NCBI GenBank assembly: GCA_002305675.1 | Contig: DBQA01000006.1 | Span: 123,581 to 187,580, forward strand | Direction of reading: 5' to 3' | DNA from: Patescibacteria group bacterium UBA1406 | GTDB lineage: Bacteria; Patescibacteriota; Microgenomatia; UBA1406 | Length of the DNA: 64,000 nucleotides | Shown: positions 22,793 to 32,718 of the stretch, one piece after another | Layout of the letters: each line of letters begins with the position of its first letter | Numbering within the stretch: position 1 is the first letter of the stretch | Notes under the pieces: generated by a model | Told to the model about the DNA's origin: nothing | Seen by the model: the letters and a program-made list of their open reading frames with translations, nothing else | Database searches by the model: none | Program-made: the position numbers and the translations under genes

Positions 22793-24805
22793 TTATAACA
22801 CGGATATCTCCCGGATTTTATCCCTGATTCTGGCGGCCAGCTCAAAGTTCAGTGCCTCCGCCTCCTGTTTCATCTGCCTTTTCAGGCGGGACAGCATCCT
22901 TTTCTTGTCATATAAGGTCAGGGAGTTGGAGTCAAGGTCGTCAAGCTCCCTGACTCCGAGCTTGGCACTTTTCTTGGAGAAGTAGAGCTTAAGGTCGTCG
23001 TCGTCCTCCACCACCAGCTTGCTCCGGATGGGCTTGAAGACGGTCCTCGGGATAATGCCATGTTCCCGATTATATTTTATCTGGAAATCCCTCCGGCGCT
23101 TCACTTCCTGGATGGCCCCGTTGATGGACTTGGTCATTTTGTCGGTATAGATGATGACATCGCCCTCCACGTTGCGGGCGGCACGCCCCATGGTCTGCAC
23201 GAGCGAGGTCTTGCTCCTGAGGAAACCCTCCTTGTCGGCATCCAGGATGGCCACCAGGGCCACTTCAGGCAGGTCAAGGCCTTCCCGCAACAGATTGATG
23301 CCTATCAGGACGTCAAAGTCGCCTTTCCTCAACGACTCCAGGATGTCCGACCGCTCCAGGGTTTTGATATCAGAATGCAGATAATGAGCCCGTATCCCTT
23401 TTTCCTTCAGGAAAACCGTCAGGTCCTCGGCGATCCTCTTGGTCAGGGTGGTCACCAGGGTCCGCTGCTTTTTCTTCACCCTGGTCTCTATCTCCTTAAT
23501 CAGGTCTGGTATCTGGCTCTCCACCGGCTTCAGGTAGATTTTGGGGTCAGGAATGCCCGTCGGCCGGATCAGTTGCTCCACCACCTGCGCGGATCTCTCC
23601 ACTTCCCATTCGTCCGGAGTGGCGGAAACGTAAATCGTTTGAGGGACCTTGGATAAGAACTCCTCGAACCGCAGGGGCCGGTTGTCGAAGGCGGCCTTGA
23701 GCCTGAAGCCGTAGTCCACCAGGTTTTTTTTCCGGCTGTAGTCTCCCCTATACATCCCGTTAAGTTGCGGGACGGTCATATGCGACTCGTCGATGATCAG
23801 AAGCCAGTCCTGTCCGTAGGCGTGTTCAAAATAATCCAGCAGGCTGTGGGGCGGGTCTCCCTCCCGGCGGCCGTCAAAGTATCGCGAATAGTTCTCAATC
23901 CCCGAAACATAGCCTACCTCCCGGATCATCTCCAGGTCGTTGTTCACTCTTTGGGCCAGTCTTTCAGCTTCCACCAGCTTGTTCCGGTCTTTGAAGGCGG
24001 CCACCTCCCTGTCCAGGTCCTGCCTGATCCGGCTGAAGATCTCCTCGAAAGCCATCCCGCCGACCAGGTAGTGCTTGGCCGGATAGATGACATATTCCCT
24101 GACAACGGAGACGGTCTTGCCCAAAAGCGGGTCGATAAGCGCCAGGCCAGACACTCTGTCCCCGGCGAACATCACTCTCAGGGCTATGTCCGAGTAGGAA
24201 AGGTATACGTCCAGATACTCCCCTCTTTCCCTGAACGTGCCCCGCTTGAAATCGAACTGGGACTGGGTATACTGGAGTCTGGCAAGCGAGAGCTTCAGTC
24301 CCTTCCGTCCGACCGACTTCCCGACCCGGAGGGGAACGGTGTTCTGTTCGTAGTTCTCCGGTTTACCGATATTGTAGATACAGGAGACCGACGCCACGAC
24401 CAGCGTGTCTTTCCGTGACAGGATATTGCTCGTCGCCGCCAAGCGTAGCTTGTCGATGAGCTCATTAATCTCCGCCTCCTTCTCGATATAGGTGTTGGAC
24501 TGGGGTACATATGCTTCCGGCTGGTAAAAGTCGTAATACGAAACAAAATAGGAGACTGCGTTCTCCGGGAAAAACTCCCTGAACTCCTGGTAAAGCTGCG
24601 AGGCCAGAGTCTTGTTGTGGGATATGATCAGGGCAGGCCTGTTCACTTTCTCGACCACGTTGGCAATGGTAAAGGTCTTGCCCGAGCCGGTCACACCCAA
24701 GAGCACCTGCTCCGGTAGCTCTTTGTTCAGCCCGGTCACCAGCTTATCGATCGCCTCCGGCTGGTCGCCGGTGGGTGAAAAATCAGCCTTCAGCTTGAAT
24801 CTCAT
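22793..24805 (-). CDS. uvrB: excinuclease ABC subunit B
   Basis: 670 aa; helicase motif I GVTGSGKTFT, beta-hairpin region, C-terminal UVR coiled coil (EAEALNFELAARIRDKIREI). Confidence 0.97.
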   Translation of the reverse strand: MRFKLKADFSPTGDQPEAIDKLVTGLNKELPEQVLLGVTGSGKTFTIANVVEKVNRPALIISHNKTLASQLYQEFREFFPENAVSYFVSYYDFYQPEAYVPQSNTYIEKEAEINELIDKLRLAATSNILSRKDTLVVASVSCIYNIGKPENYEQNTVPLRVGKSVGRKGLKLSLARLQYTQSQFDFKRGTFRERGEYLDVYLSYSDIALRVMFAGDRVSGLALIDPLLGKTVSVVREYVIYPAKHYLVGGMAFEEIFSRIRQDLDREVAAFKDRNKLVEAERLAQRVNNDLEMIREVGYVSGIENYSRYFDGRREGDPPHSLLDYFEHAYGQDWLLIIDESHMTVPQLNGMYRGDYSRKKNLVDYGFRLKAAFDNRPLRFEEFLSKVPQTIYVSATPDEWEVERSAQVVEQLIRPTGIPDPKIYLKPVESQIPDLIKEIETRVKKKQRTLVTTLTKRIAEDLTVFLKEKGIRAHYLHSDIKTLERSDILESLRKGDFDVLIGINLLREGLDLPEVALVAILDADKEGFLRSKTSLVQTMGRAARNVEGDVIIYTDKMTKSINGAIQEVKRRRDFQIKYNREHGIIPRTVFKPIRSKLVVEDDDDLKLYFSKKSAKLGVRELDDLDSNSLTLYDKKRMLSRLKRQMKQEAEALNFELAARIRDKIREISVL

Positions 24806-24847
24806 AATGGATAGATTTTAACACAAGGCTCAGGTAAAATATTCCTG

Positions 24848-25462
24848 ATGGCAGCTTTTCAAACCCCCTTTACGGATAAATATGGCGCCAAGCTCTCGTC
24901 AACCGAGTTCGCGGTCAAAGTCTCGGCCAGGATCAGGGCGGTGATGGAGGAGTTCTCGGTCTGGATTATGAATACAGCCGGGGTCGTCCCTTCTCACAGC
25001 TTCAGAAAAGCCGTCTACGGGCTCGGTGGCATCGGTTTGGGGGAGGGCTCTGTCATCCATACCGGGGCCGTTTTCTACACCATCGGCAACATTAGGATAG
25101 CCGACGACTCCATCATCGGCGAAAAGGCGATCCTGGACGGCCGGGGCGGCCTGGAGATAGGCAGTCATGTGGACATTGCCTCGGAGGTCATGATCTACAC
25201 TTCCCAGCACGATATCAACGATCCCGGCTTCAAGCCCGTCCATGCCAAGGTGTTCGTTGAGGATTACGTTTTCATTGGGCCGCGCGCCATCATCCTTCCG
25301 GGGGTCACGCTCGGCAGAGGGTCGGTGGTGGCCGCCGGGGCGGTCGTCACCAAGAGCGTAGAGCCGTATTCTGTCGTGGCGGGGGTGCCGGCCAAAAAAA
25401 TAGCAGAGAGAAGACTTCAGGATCTCCACTATAGGCTGGGCAGAGCCCGCCTCTTCAGATAA
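24848..25462 (+). CDS. hexapeptide-repeat (LbH) acyl/acetyltransferase
   Basis: 204 aa; tandem [LIV]G..... hexapeptide repeats (IGNIRIADDSIIGEKAILDGRGGLEIGSHVDIASEV...); resembles sugar O-acetyltransferases. Confidence 0.75.
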   Translation: MAAFQTPFTDKYGAKLSSTEFAVKVSARIRAVMEEFSVWIMNTAGVVPSHSFRKAVYGLGGIGLGEGSVIHTGAVFYTIGNIRIADDSIIGEKAILDGRGGLEIGSHVDIASEVMIYTSQHDINDPGFKPVHAKVFVEDYVFIGPRAIILPGVTLGRGSVVAAGAVVTKSVEPYSVVAGVPAKKIAERRLQDLHYRLGRARLFR

Positions 25463-25511
25463 TCGCCTTGTCGCCTTAATCCGTACCCTGAGCTACAGAA
25501 TACAAATTACC

Positions 25512-25540
25512 TTGACATTTTTTAGCAGACCTTTTAAAAT
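25512..25540 (+). promoter_or_regulatory. sigma70-type promoter of hrcA operon (-35 TTGACA 25512..25517, 17-nt spacer, -10 TAAAAT 25535..25540)
   Basis: Read directly: cTTGACAtttttagcagaccttttAAAATactgctaacATG; start codon at 25550. Confidence 0.6.
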
Positions 25541-25548
25541 ACTGCTAA
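25522..25548 (+). promoter_or_regulatory. CIRCE-like HrcA operator (TTAGCAGAC-N9-TACTGCTAA inverted repeat)
   Basis: 9-9-9 inverted repeat with conserved TTAGCA...TGCTAA arms (consensus TTAGCACTC-N9-GAGTGCTAA); overlaps the -10 box and ends 2 nt before the hrcA ATG. Confidence 0.65.
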
Positions 25549-25549
25549 C

Positions 25550-26296
25550 ATGGAAACCGTCAGTGAACTGACAGAGCGTCAAATCAAAATCCTGAAGGCA
25601 ATTATTGACGAGTACATCACGTCAGGCAGTGCCATCGGATCGGAGTTCTTGGAAAAGAAGTTCAAGCTCGGCTATTCACCGGCCACGATCCGCAACGAGA
25701 TGGTGGTCCTTGGGAAGCTCGGCTATATCCAGAAGTCCCATTTCTCTTCAGGGCGAATGCCCACCCCAAAGGCTTTCCGTCTCTATATCAACTCCCTTCT
25801 GCCCAAGAGGCAGCTCTCCACTGCGGAGGAGGTCTCTTTAAAGAATGATGTTTGGGATTACCAGGACGACCTGATCCGTTTCCTTGAAGAGACTGCCTCC
25901 GCTTTGGCCAAAAAGAGCAAGCTGTTGTCCATGGTCTTTTTGAACACGGGTTTTCGCTATTACACCGGGATGAGCAACCTCCTGGCCATGAAGGAGTTCA
26001 TGGATTACGAGCTGTCCCGGGACGTGTTCGTTTATCTCGAGAACTACGATTACTGGCTCAAGGTACTGAACGATCTCCTGACCAGCGACAAGATAGAGCT
26101 GCAGGTCCTGATCGGTGAGGATTATATCCACCAGTCCCTCTATAGCCTGGGCGGGGTCTTTTCGCACTTCGAAGGTAAGGATTTCCGCGGTGCCATCGGC
26201 GTGGTGGGGCCCTGCCGTCTGGAATATTCCAGCACCCTGCCCCTGGTCACCTATACCGCCGAGATAATCAGGGAAGTTCTCAAGAAGCAGAAATAA
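25550..26296 (+). CDS. hrcA: heat-inducible transcription repressor HrcA (short form)
   Basis: 248 aa; N-terminal winged HTH LTERQIKILKAIIDEYITSGSAIGSEFL...SPATIRNEM..LGKLGYI; first gene of grpE-dnaK-dnaJ operon; stop TAA overlaps grpE ATG (TAATG). Confidence 0.85.
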   Translation: METVSELTERQIKILKAIIDEYITSGSAIGSEFLEKKFKLGYSPATIRNEMVVLGKLGYIQKSHFSSGRMPTPKAFRLYINSLLPKRQLSTAEEVSLKNDVWDYQDDLIRFLEETASALAKKSKLLSMVFLNTGFRYYTGMSNLLAMKEFMDYELSRDVFVYLENYDYWLKVLNDLLTSDKIELQVLIGEDYIHQSLYSLGGVFSHFEGKDFRGAIGVVGPCRLEYSSTLPLVTYTAEIIREVLKKQK

Positions 26297-26766
26297 TGAA
26301 AAAAAAAGGACAGAACGATGTTGAGGCTTTGAAAAAAGAGTTGGAGGAGCTCCAGAAGGAGGCGGCCAACAAGCATAGCCTTTATCTGAGGGCACTGGCC
26401 GATTACCAGAACCTGGAAAAGCGGGTCTTGGAAGAAAAGGAGAGGGAAGCAAACCGGAGCACACGGGAGATAATCTCGGAGGTTTTGGTCCTGAAGGAGG
26501 ATATCGACAAAGCCGAGGATTTCGAAAAGAGCCACGACCTAAAGGTCATCAAAAACAAGTTTGAGGGGGTGCTGGCCAAGCTCGGCGTGGAAGAGGTTCA
26601 GGCCGAAGGACAGGAGTTCGATCCCGAAGTGATGGAGTGCCTGACGCTTGAACCCGGGGCCGAGCCTAACAAGGTCACCCGCGTCATTGAAAAAGGCTAC
26701 CGTTTCAGGGGCAAGCTCCTGAAACCGGCCCGCGTGGCGGTGGGCACAGAGCAAGGAGATAAATAA
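26296..26766 (+). CDS. grpE: nucleotide exchange factor GrpE
   Basis: 156 aa; coiled-coil N-terminus (YLRALADYQNLEKR) and C-terminal beta-domain (GYRFRGKLLKPARVAV). Confidence 0.9.
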   Translation: MKKKGQNDVEALKKELEELQKEAANKHSLYLRALADYQNLEKRVLEEKEREANRSTREIISEVLVLKEDIDKAEDFEKSHDLKVIKNKFEGVLAKLGVEEVQAEGQEFDPEVMECLTLEPGAEPNKVTRVIEKGYRFRGKLLKPARVAVGTEQGDK

Positions 26767-26812
26767 AATTAAAAGTTTCCACCCGTACAAGGGCGGTCAA
26801 CAATAAAATAAT

Positions 26813-28696
26813 ATGTCAAAAACCATCGGTATCGATCTAGGAACCACCAACTCCGCCATGGCTATCATGGAAGGAGGCAAGACCAAAGTCATTCCCTCGG
26901 TCGAGGGCAGGAACGTCACCCCGTCGGTCGTCGATCCTGTCAAAAGGATAGTCGGGGACGTGGCCAAACGGCAGATGGTCATTCGGCCTAAAGAGACCGT
27001 TTACTCCATTAAAAGACTGATGGGTCGCAAGTATTCGGATAAACAGGTCCAGAAGACCATCGATATGGTCCCCTATGCCATCAAAAAGGGGCGTGACGAT
27101 ATGGCGGTTGTGGAGATCGATGGCAAAACCTATACTCCGCAGGAGATCTCTGCTATGGTACTGACCAAGCTGAAGAAGGATGCTGAGAATTTCCTAGGAG
27201 AAGAGGTCGACAAGGCGGTCATTACCGTTCCTGCCTACTTTGACGATGCTCAGAGGCAGGCAACCAAGCAGGCCGGAGAGATCGCCGGTCTTGAGGTGAT
27301 CAGGATCATCAACGAGCCGACCGCTGCCTCCCTAGCCTATGGCCTTGACAAAAAGGAGGCCCATAACATCGCCGTTTACGACCTGGGCGGAGGGACTTTC
27401 GACATCACCATCCTGGAACTCGGCGAAGGTGTTTTCCAGGTCAAGTCCACGAACGGTGACACCTTCCTCGGCGGCGATGACTTTGATCAGGTGATCATCA
27501 ACCACCTGGCCGAGGAATTCAAGAAGCAGGAGTCCGTAGACCTGAGGAAAGACCCGCAGGCCCTCCAGAGGCTAAATGAGGCGGCCGAGAAGGCCAAGAT
27601 AGAACTCTCGACCACCACCGAGACGGAGATCAACCTGCCGTTCATCACCGTCCGGGACAACCAGCCCCTGCATTTCGTCACTAAACTGACCAGGGCAAGG
27701 CTTGAATCGCTCATCGAACCCCTGATCGAGAAAACTTTCGCTCCGGTCAAGGAAGCGCTGAAGGATGCCAAACTGTCCGCCAAAGACATCAATGAGGTGG
27801 TCCTGGTGGGCGGTATGACTAGGATGCCAAGGGTCATTGAGGAAGTGAAGAAGTTCTTCGGCAAGGAGCCGAACCGGACCGTCAACCCGGACGAGGTAGT
27901 GGCGGTCGGGGCGGCCATCCAGGCAGCCATCATTTCCGGCGACGTCAAGGACGTGGTCCTTCTGGACGTCACTCCTCTGACCCTGGGCGTGGAAACTCTG
28001 GGAGGCGTCATGACGCCCCTTATTCCCAGGAACACCACCATTCCCACCTCCAAGTCAGAGGTCTTTTCCACCGCGGCGGACAACCAGACATCGGTGGAAG
28101 TACATGTCCTACAGGGGGAACGGCCCATGGCGCGCGACAACAAATCCCTGGGCAGGTTCATCCTTGAAGGTATTCCACCGGCGCCCAGAGGCGTGCCGCA
28201 GGTCGAGGTCAAGTTTGATATCGATGCCAACGGGATCCTGACCGTTATCGCCCACGACAAGGCGACCGGAAAGGAACAGAGCATCAGGATCACCGGTTCC
28301 ACCGGCCTGACGGAGGAGGAGATAGAGAAGATGAGGAAGGAGGCCGAGGAGCACAAGGTCGAGGACGATAAGCTGAAAGAGCTTATCGAGGTCCGCAACC
28401 AGGCTGAAGCCCTCATCTACTCCGCGGAAAAATCCCTCAAAGACGTCAAGGACAAGGCCCCGGAGGATGTCACTAACGACGTCAAGGCCAAGATCGAAGG
28501 CCTGAAAAAGGTCAAGGACGGCGACAACAAGGAATCGATCAGCCAGGCGGTGAGCGACCTCAACTCCAGCCTTTCCAAGATCGGCGAATACATGTATAAG
28601 AAAGACGAGCCGAAGGAGGAGAAAAAGGGGGAGAAAAAGGAAGAGGATAAAAAAGACAAGGACCAGGATGTCGAGGAAGGTGAAGTGGTCAGTTAA
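26813..28696 (+). CDS. dnaK: molecular chaperone DnaK (Hsp70)
   Basis: 627 aa; [28 protein letters not shown] signatures. Confidence 0.98.
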   Translation: MSKTIGIDLGTTNSAMAIMEGGKTKVIPSVEGRNVTPSVVDPVKRIVGDVAKRQMVIRPKETVYSIKRLMGRKYSDKQVQKTIDMVPYAIKKGRDDMAVVEIDGKTYTPQEISAMVLTKLKKDAENFLGEEVDKAVITVPAYFDDAQRQATKQAGEIAGLEVIRIINEPTAASLAYGLDKKEAHNIAVYDLGGGTFDITILELGEGVFQVKSTNGDTFLGGDDFDQVIINHLAEEFKKQESVDLRKDPQALQRLNEAAEKAKIELSTTTETEINLPFITVRDNQPLHFVTKLTRARLESLIEPLIEKTFAPVKEALKDAKLSAKDINEVVLVGGMTRMPRVIEEVKKFFGKEPNRTVNPDEVVAVGAAIQAAIISGDVKDVVLLDVTPLTLGVETLGGVMTPLIPRNTTIPTSKSEVFSTAADNQTSVEVHVLQGERPMARDNKSLGRFILEGIPPAPRGVPQVEVKFDIDANGILTVIAHDKATGKEQSIRITGSTGLTEEEIEKMRKEAEEHKVEDDKLKELIEVRNQAEALIYSAEKSLKDVKDKAPEDVTNDVKAKIEGLKKVKDGDNKESISQAVSDLNSSLSKIGEYMYKKDEPKEEKKGEKKEEDKKDKDQDVEEGEVVS

Positions 28697-28706
28697 TGGA
28701 GCCTGA

Positions 28707-29573
28707 ATGGTCAGCAAACGCGATTATTACGAAGTATTGGGTGTCGCCAAAAACGCCAGCCCCGAAGAAATAAAGAAGGCCTACCGCAAGTTGGCCCTGG
28801 AATGGCATCCGGACAGGAACAAATCCCCCGAGGCCAACGACAGGTTCAAGGAGATCACGGAAGCGTTCGAGATACTTTCCGATGCCAAGAAGAGGCAGGC
28901 TTACGACCAGTTCGGCCATATGGGGGTCTCAGGGGGTAATCCCTATACGCAAGGAAGACGGCAAGGGCCCTTCACATATAGTTACTCCACCGGCAATCTG
29001 GAAGATCTTTTTGAGTCCTTCGGTTTCGGCGGGAAAGAAGGGTTTTCCGACCCGTTCGACATCTTCGAGAGCATCTTCGGTTTCCGTACCCCCCGCGGAC
29101 AGCAAAGTAAACCCCTATACCGCCTGCAGATCCCTTTTGAGGAGGCGGCAGTAGGAACGGAAAAACAGATCGTGTTCCGGGGCAAGACCAAATCAATCAA
29201 GATCCCGGCCGGGGTGGACACAGGCAACCGTATCCGCTTCCAGGATTTCGACGTGGTGATCGAGGTGGAACCGAGCCGAACATTTCAAAGGGAAGGCCAG
29301 GACCTCTACTTTGAGAAGACTATCGGCTACCTGGATGCCATCCTGGGCACGGACATCGAGGTGCCCTCCCTGCAGAAAAAAGTGAAACTGAAGATAAAGC
29401 CCGGCACCCAGCCGAACACGGTTGTCCGCCTGAGGGATTTCGGTCTCCCTTATCCTAATTCCCGGCGGACCGGTGACCTTTATATCATCGTCAAAGTGAA
29501 GTTGCCCGCCACATTGACCAGAGAGGAGCGCCAGCTCCTTGAGAAACTCCGCCAGACCAAGAGAACGTCTTGA
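28707..29573 (+). CDS. dnaJ: J-domain co-chaperone (DnaJ/CbpA-like, no zinc-finger domain)
   Basis: 288 aa; J domain with HPD (DYYEVLGV...[16 protein letters not shown]); G/F-rich region; C-terminal substrate-binding domains; no CxxCxGxG repeats. Confidence 0.85.
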   Translation: MVSKRDYYEVLGVAKNASPEEIKKAYRKLALEWHPDRNKSPEANDRFKEITEAFEILSDAKKRQAYDQFGHMGVSGGNPYTQGRRQGPFTYSYSTGNLEDLFESFGFGGKEGFSDPFDIFESIFGFRTPRGQQSKPLYRLQIPFEEAAVGTEKQIVFRGKTKSIKIPAGVDTGNRIRFQDFDVVIEVEPSRTFQREGQDLYFEKTIGYLDAILGTDIEVPSLQKKVKLKIKPGTQPNTVVRLRDFGLPYPNSRRTGDLYIIVKVKLPATLTREERQLLEKLRQTKRTS

Positions 29574-29603
29574 CAACTCCTGCAAAAGGGCTATATTTAT
29601 TGT

Positions 29604-31301
29604 ATGAATATCCGATTATTTATCACAACCCTGTTCCTTTTAAGCAATATTCTCGTACGGATACCGGCTGTATCGGCCCAGGGCCCCGGCCAGACGGAGG
29701 CCATCCACATGGTCTGTCTGAACGCAACAGTCGTCAAGAACGCTTCGGTCGACCATGCCGTCAAGCTTGACGGGGCAGGATTTATCCCCAACAAGCAGGT
29801 GGAGATCTGGCGAAAGGTGGAAGCAGGTTTCCAGTGTGCAGTAGACAAGAACGGCTCCCCAACCTGCAACGACACCGACTTTTCCGTCGGCGATATGTTC
29901 AAGGTCATCAACAAGAGCAAGGAAGAAATAAAATCCGATTTCAACGGCAGTCTGTCGGTGGACCTGGTCAAGAGCGCCACCACCACCAGCCAACAACATG
30001 TGTTCTATGGCGTACAGACGGTTGAAGGCAGCAACCTGGAGGCCACCACTGTCGCCCTGAAGCTGGCCACCTTCACCCCCGTGACCGGTGACCAAGTAAA
30101 CTGTGTTTCGGTGCGGTGGGACCCGTACGGGCGCGTGTTCGATGCCGTCAGCCTGGAGCCTATCCCGAATGTCGATGTCACCCTGATGGACGAGACCGGC
30201 GCCAAAGTGCCGAGCCAGCCGGGTATCAAGAATCCGTTCCGGACCCGCGAGGATGGCGCCTTCAGCTTTATCGTCGAGGACGGGACATATTTCCTGGAAC
30301 CCAAAAAGACTACCTACTCTTTTCCCATCCTGCAGACCGAACTGGACGGTCTTAAAACGAAACAGTCAGTCTACACTGACATTTACCGGGGCGAAAAGAT
30401 CATCCAGCAGGGCAAGATACAGCACCGGGATATCCCCATGAACCCGCAAGATCCGGCGAACGCCACCAGTTATCCACCCAAGATCATGAACCTTGACATC
30501 ACCGCCTATAAAAAAAGCGACAAGTCTTACCAACTGGTGTACGGAACTGTCTCACATCCCAAGAGCATCATCTATGCCTACTCGGGCGTCAGATTGGTGG
30601 GCCAGACCGAGGCGGACAATCAGGGGAAGTTCGATCTGGTGATCGAGAACGATAGCATCGACCAGAACATCCCGCTTGACATCAAAGCCAAGAAGGTCAG
30701 CTTGCTAGCCAAGGGAAAGTCCTTCCTTTCCCGGCTAGTCGGGCAAGTGATGGCGGCGGTGGAGACGGAGAGTCAGATGGTCCAAATAAAGCCTATTCCG
30801 ACCTTTCTGATCGGTTTCATCTATGACAAGCAGGGTCAGATAGTCCCGCACTCTAAGGTGCAAATCATAGTACCGGAGATGAACAACCGGATAATCGCGA
30901 CCGTCCAGGCGGATGAGAACGGTCATGTCTATATTCCTCCCCAGCTCATCCCGCCCGTCGGCTATGTGGTCAAAACGTATGACCAGAACGGGCAGGTAGC
31001 CAGTGAGTTCACCCCGCAGGAATTCATCGAAACAAACCAGAAATATTACAGCGACCGGAAGATCAACCTGTATGACCTGGCGAGCGCCGAAACGATAGAA
31101 AACGAGCTCACGAAGAATTCCGGCCAGACCCCACTCGCGCAAAACTTCCGCATCACCCCAGCGGTGACCGAGGTGGCCACCGACCAGGCGGGTAAGGGCA
31201 ACGATTATATCCTGGCGGTTCTGTCCCTCGTTATTGTGGGCGTGTTGGGAGGACTGGGATTGGTTCTCTACCGGATGAAGTCCAGAAGCTCTGTCGTCTG
31301 A
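29604..31301 (+). CDS. large secreted protein with carboxypeptidase-regulatory-like/Ig-like beta domains and C-terminal TM anchor
   Basis: 565 aa; signal peptide (LFITTLFLLSNILVRIPAVSAQG); beta-rich repeats (VSVRWDPYGRVFDAVSLEPIPNVDVTLMDETGAKV...); C-terminal YILAVLSLVIVGVLGGLGLVLYRMKSRSS. Confidence 0.55.
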   Translation: MNIRLFITTLFLLSNILVRIPAVSAQGPGQTEAIHMVCLNATVVKNASVDHAVKLDGAGFIPNKQVEIWRKVEAGFQCAVDKNGSPTCNDTDFSVGDMFKVINKSKEEIKSDFNGSLSVDLVKSATTTSQQHVFYGVQTVEGSNLEATTVALKLATFTPVTGDQVNCVSVRWDPYGRVFDAVSLEPIPNVDVTLMDETGAKVPSQPGIKNPFRTREDGAFSFIVEDGTYFLEPKKTTYSFPILQTELDGLKTKQSVYTDIYRGEKIIQQGKIQHRDIPMNPQDPANATSYPPKIMNLDITAYKKSDKSYQLVYGTVSHPKSIIYAYSGVRLVGQTEADNQGKFDLVIENDSIDQNIPLDIKAKKVSLLAKGKSFLSRLVGQVMAAVETESQMVQIKPIPTFLIGFIYDKQGQIVPHSKVQIIVPEMNNRIIATVQADENGHVYIPPQLIPPVGYVVKTYDQNGQVASEFTPQEFIETNQKYYSDRKINLYDLASAETIENELTKNSGQTPLAQNFRITPAVTEVATDQAGKGNDYILAVLSLVIVGVLGGLGLVLYRMKSRSSVV

Positions 31302-31541
31302 TCAGAACGCCTCATCGGGCAGTTCTTCTTCGACATCGCGGAACTCTTTCTTTATTTCCTCGATCTCGTTCTCAATTTCCGACAGTCTTTTTTTCAGTTC
31401 CCTGACAAGCTCCATCCCCTTCTTGAATTTGGGAATGGCCCGTTCGAGATCAAGATCATTGGACTCGAACTCCCGGACTATGGCCGTCAGTTCTTCGAAA
31501 CCCTTCGAAAGCGAGGTGTCAGACTTCTTTTTTTCCTTCAT
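31302..31541 (-). CDS. xseB: exodeoxyribonuclease VII small subunit
   Basis: 79 aa helical; FEELTAIVREFESNDLDLERAIPKFKKGMELVRELKKRLSE matches XseB; overlaps xseA stop by 23 nt. Confidence 0.85.
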   Translation of the reverse strand: MKEKKKSDTSLSKGFEELTAIVREFESNDLDLERAIPKFKKGMELVRELKKRLSEIENEIEEIKKEFRDVEEELPDEAF

Positions 31542-32718
31542 GTTGATTTTTGATAACTTTTGAGTGCAACTGCCCTGAAGACAGAACAGTCCTTATTGTA
31601 TCGCCTACGCCCACACCTTGCAAATCCTTCAGTACTTTACCGTTCCCGGCGTATGTGATGCTGAACCCCCTTTTCAGCACGCTCTGGTAATCCAGGCTCC
31701 TGAGGAGTCTCTCCTGTGCGGTCAACCAGAGGAGCGCCTCTTTGGCCTTCACGGTCATGGAATTCACGAGCGTGATAGAAAAAAATTGCAGGTTCCTCCG
31801 TCTGATAGCCGTGATATTCTGCATTACCCTAAGGCTTTGCTCAATCATGTTTTTGTATGAGCGTAACTCGGTAGAAACGTAACCTTCCAGCCGGTGCCAA
31901 AGGAAGTCTATCTCCCTTTCCACCTCCAGGCGGGACCTAACCAGGATCTCGGCCGCATTCGAGGGCGTTGATGCCCTCTTATCGGCTACATAATCGGACA
32001 AGGTCCAGTCCTGTTCGTGCCCGACCGCGCACAGGGTGGGAATACGGCTCGAGAAAATAGCCCGCACTACCCGCTCGTCATTGAAGGCCGCGAGGTCCTC
32101 CAAACTCCCCCCTCCCCTGGTCAGTATCAGGGCATCCACCTTCATTTTCGCATCATTAAAGAAGGTGAACGCCTCCCTGATGGTCCTGACAGCATCCTTA
32201 CCCTGTACCTGTACCGGATAGAAATAGATCTTCAGGCCACCCATGCGTTCCTTCAGGACCTTCACGAAATCGGCATAGGCTTCGGAGCCTTTGGCGGTTA
32301 TCAGGCCGATGGTTTCCGGAAAAACAGGAAGGGGTCTTTTACGGCCCTCATCGAAAATGCCATCCGCTTCCAGTTTCTGTTTGAGCCTTTCCAGGGCAGC
32401 CCTTAATGCGCCCTCGCCGGAGGGGATAATTTCCTCTGCCATGAGGCTGAACCTGCCGGTCTTGCCGTACAGTCTGGGCGTACCCCGCACCTTGACCAGC
32501 ATCCCTTCGGACAGACCCCGGAAATTGCCTATCTTGTACAGGACGGAAAAGACCTCCAGGGCCGCGTCGGCATCTTTGATGGTGGCGAAAATCCACTTCC
32601 CCTGACTGAGCCGGAGCTGGCTTATTTCACCCTCTATCCATACCTCGCCTATCTGGGACAGGTAAAGGGTAACGAACTCGTTGAACTCGGACACTTTGAA
32701 TATCTTTTCTTCCATCAT
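31519..32718 (-). CDS. xseA: exodeoxyribonuclease VII large subunit
   Basis: 399 aa; N-terminal OB fold (VWIEGEISQLRLSQGKWIFATIKD) and catalytic core typical of XseA. Confidence 0.9.
   Translation of the reverse strand: MMEEKIFKVSEFNEFVTLYLSQIGEVWIEGEISQLRLSQGKWIFATIKDADAALEVFSVLYKIGNFRGLSEGMLVKVRGTPRLYGKTGRFSLMAEEIIPSGEGALRAALERLKQKLEADGIFDEGRKRPLPVFPETIGLITAKGSEAYADFVKVLKERMGGLKIYFYPVQVQGKDAVRTIREAFTFFNDAKMKVDALILTRGGGSLEDLAAFNDERVVRAIFSSRIPTLCAVGHEQDWTLSDYVADKRASTPSNAAEILVRSRLEVEREIDFLWHRLEGYVSTELRSYKNMIEQSLRVMQNITAIRRRNLQFFSITLVNSMTVKAKEALLWLTAQERLLRSLDYQSVLKRGFSITYAGNGKVLKDLQGVGVGDTIRTVLSSGQLHSKVIKNQHEGKKEV

Noticed and set aside
26767-26812. Possible terminator or attenuator hairpin between grpE and dnaK
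   Set aside because: Only a 3-bp CCC/GGG stem is possible, with no U-tract; not convincing.
27487-28416. 309-aa minus-strand ORF inside dnaK; likewise 56123..57172 (349 aa) inside ftsZ, 7490..8380 (296 aa) inside dnaE, 13481..14485 (334 aa) inside the SBP gene, and 10133..10876 inside the AI-2E gene
   Set aside because: All are antisense to highly conserved genes, Ser/Arg/Pro-rich, and without motifs; spurious shadow ORFs.
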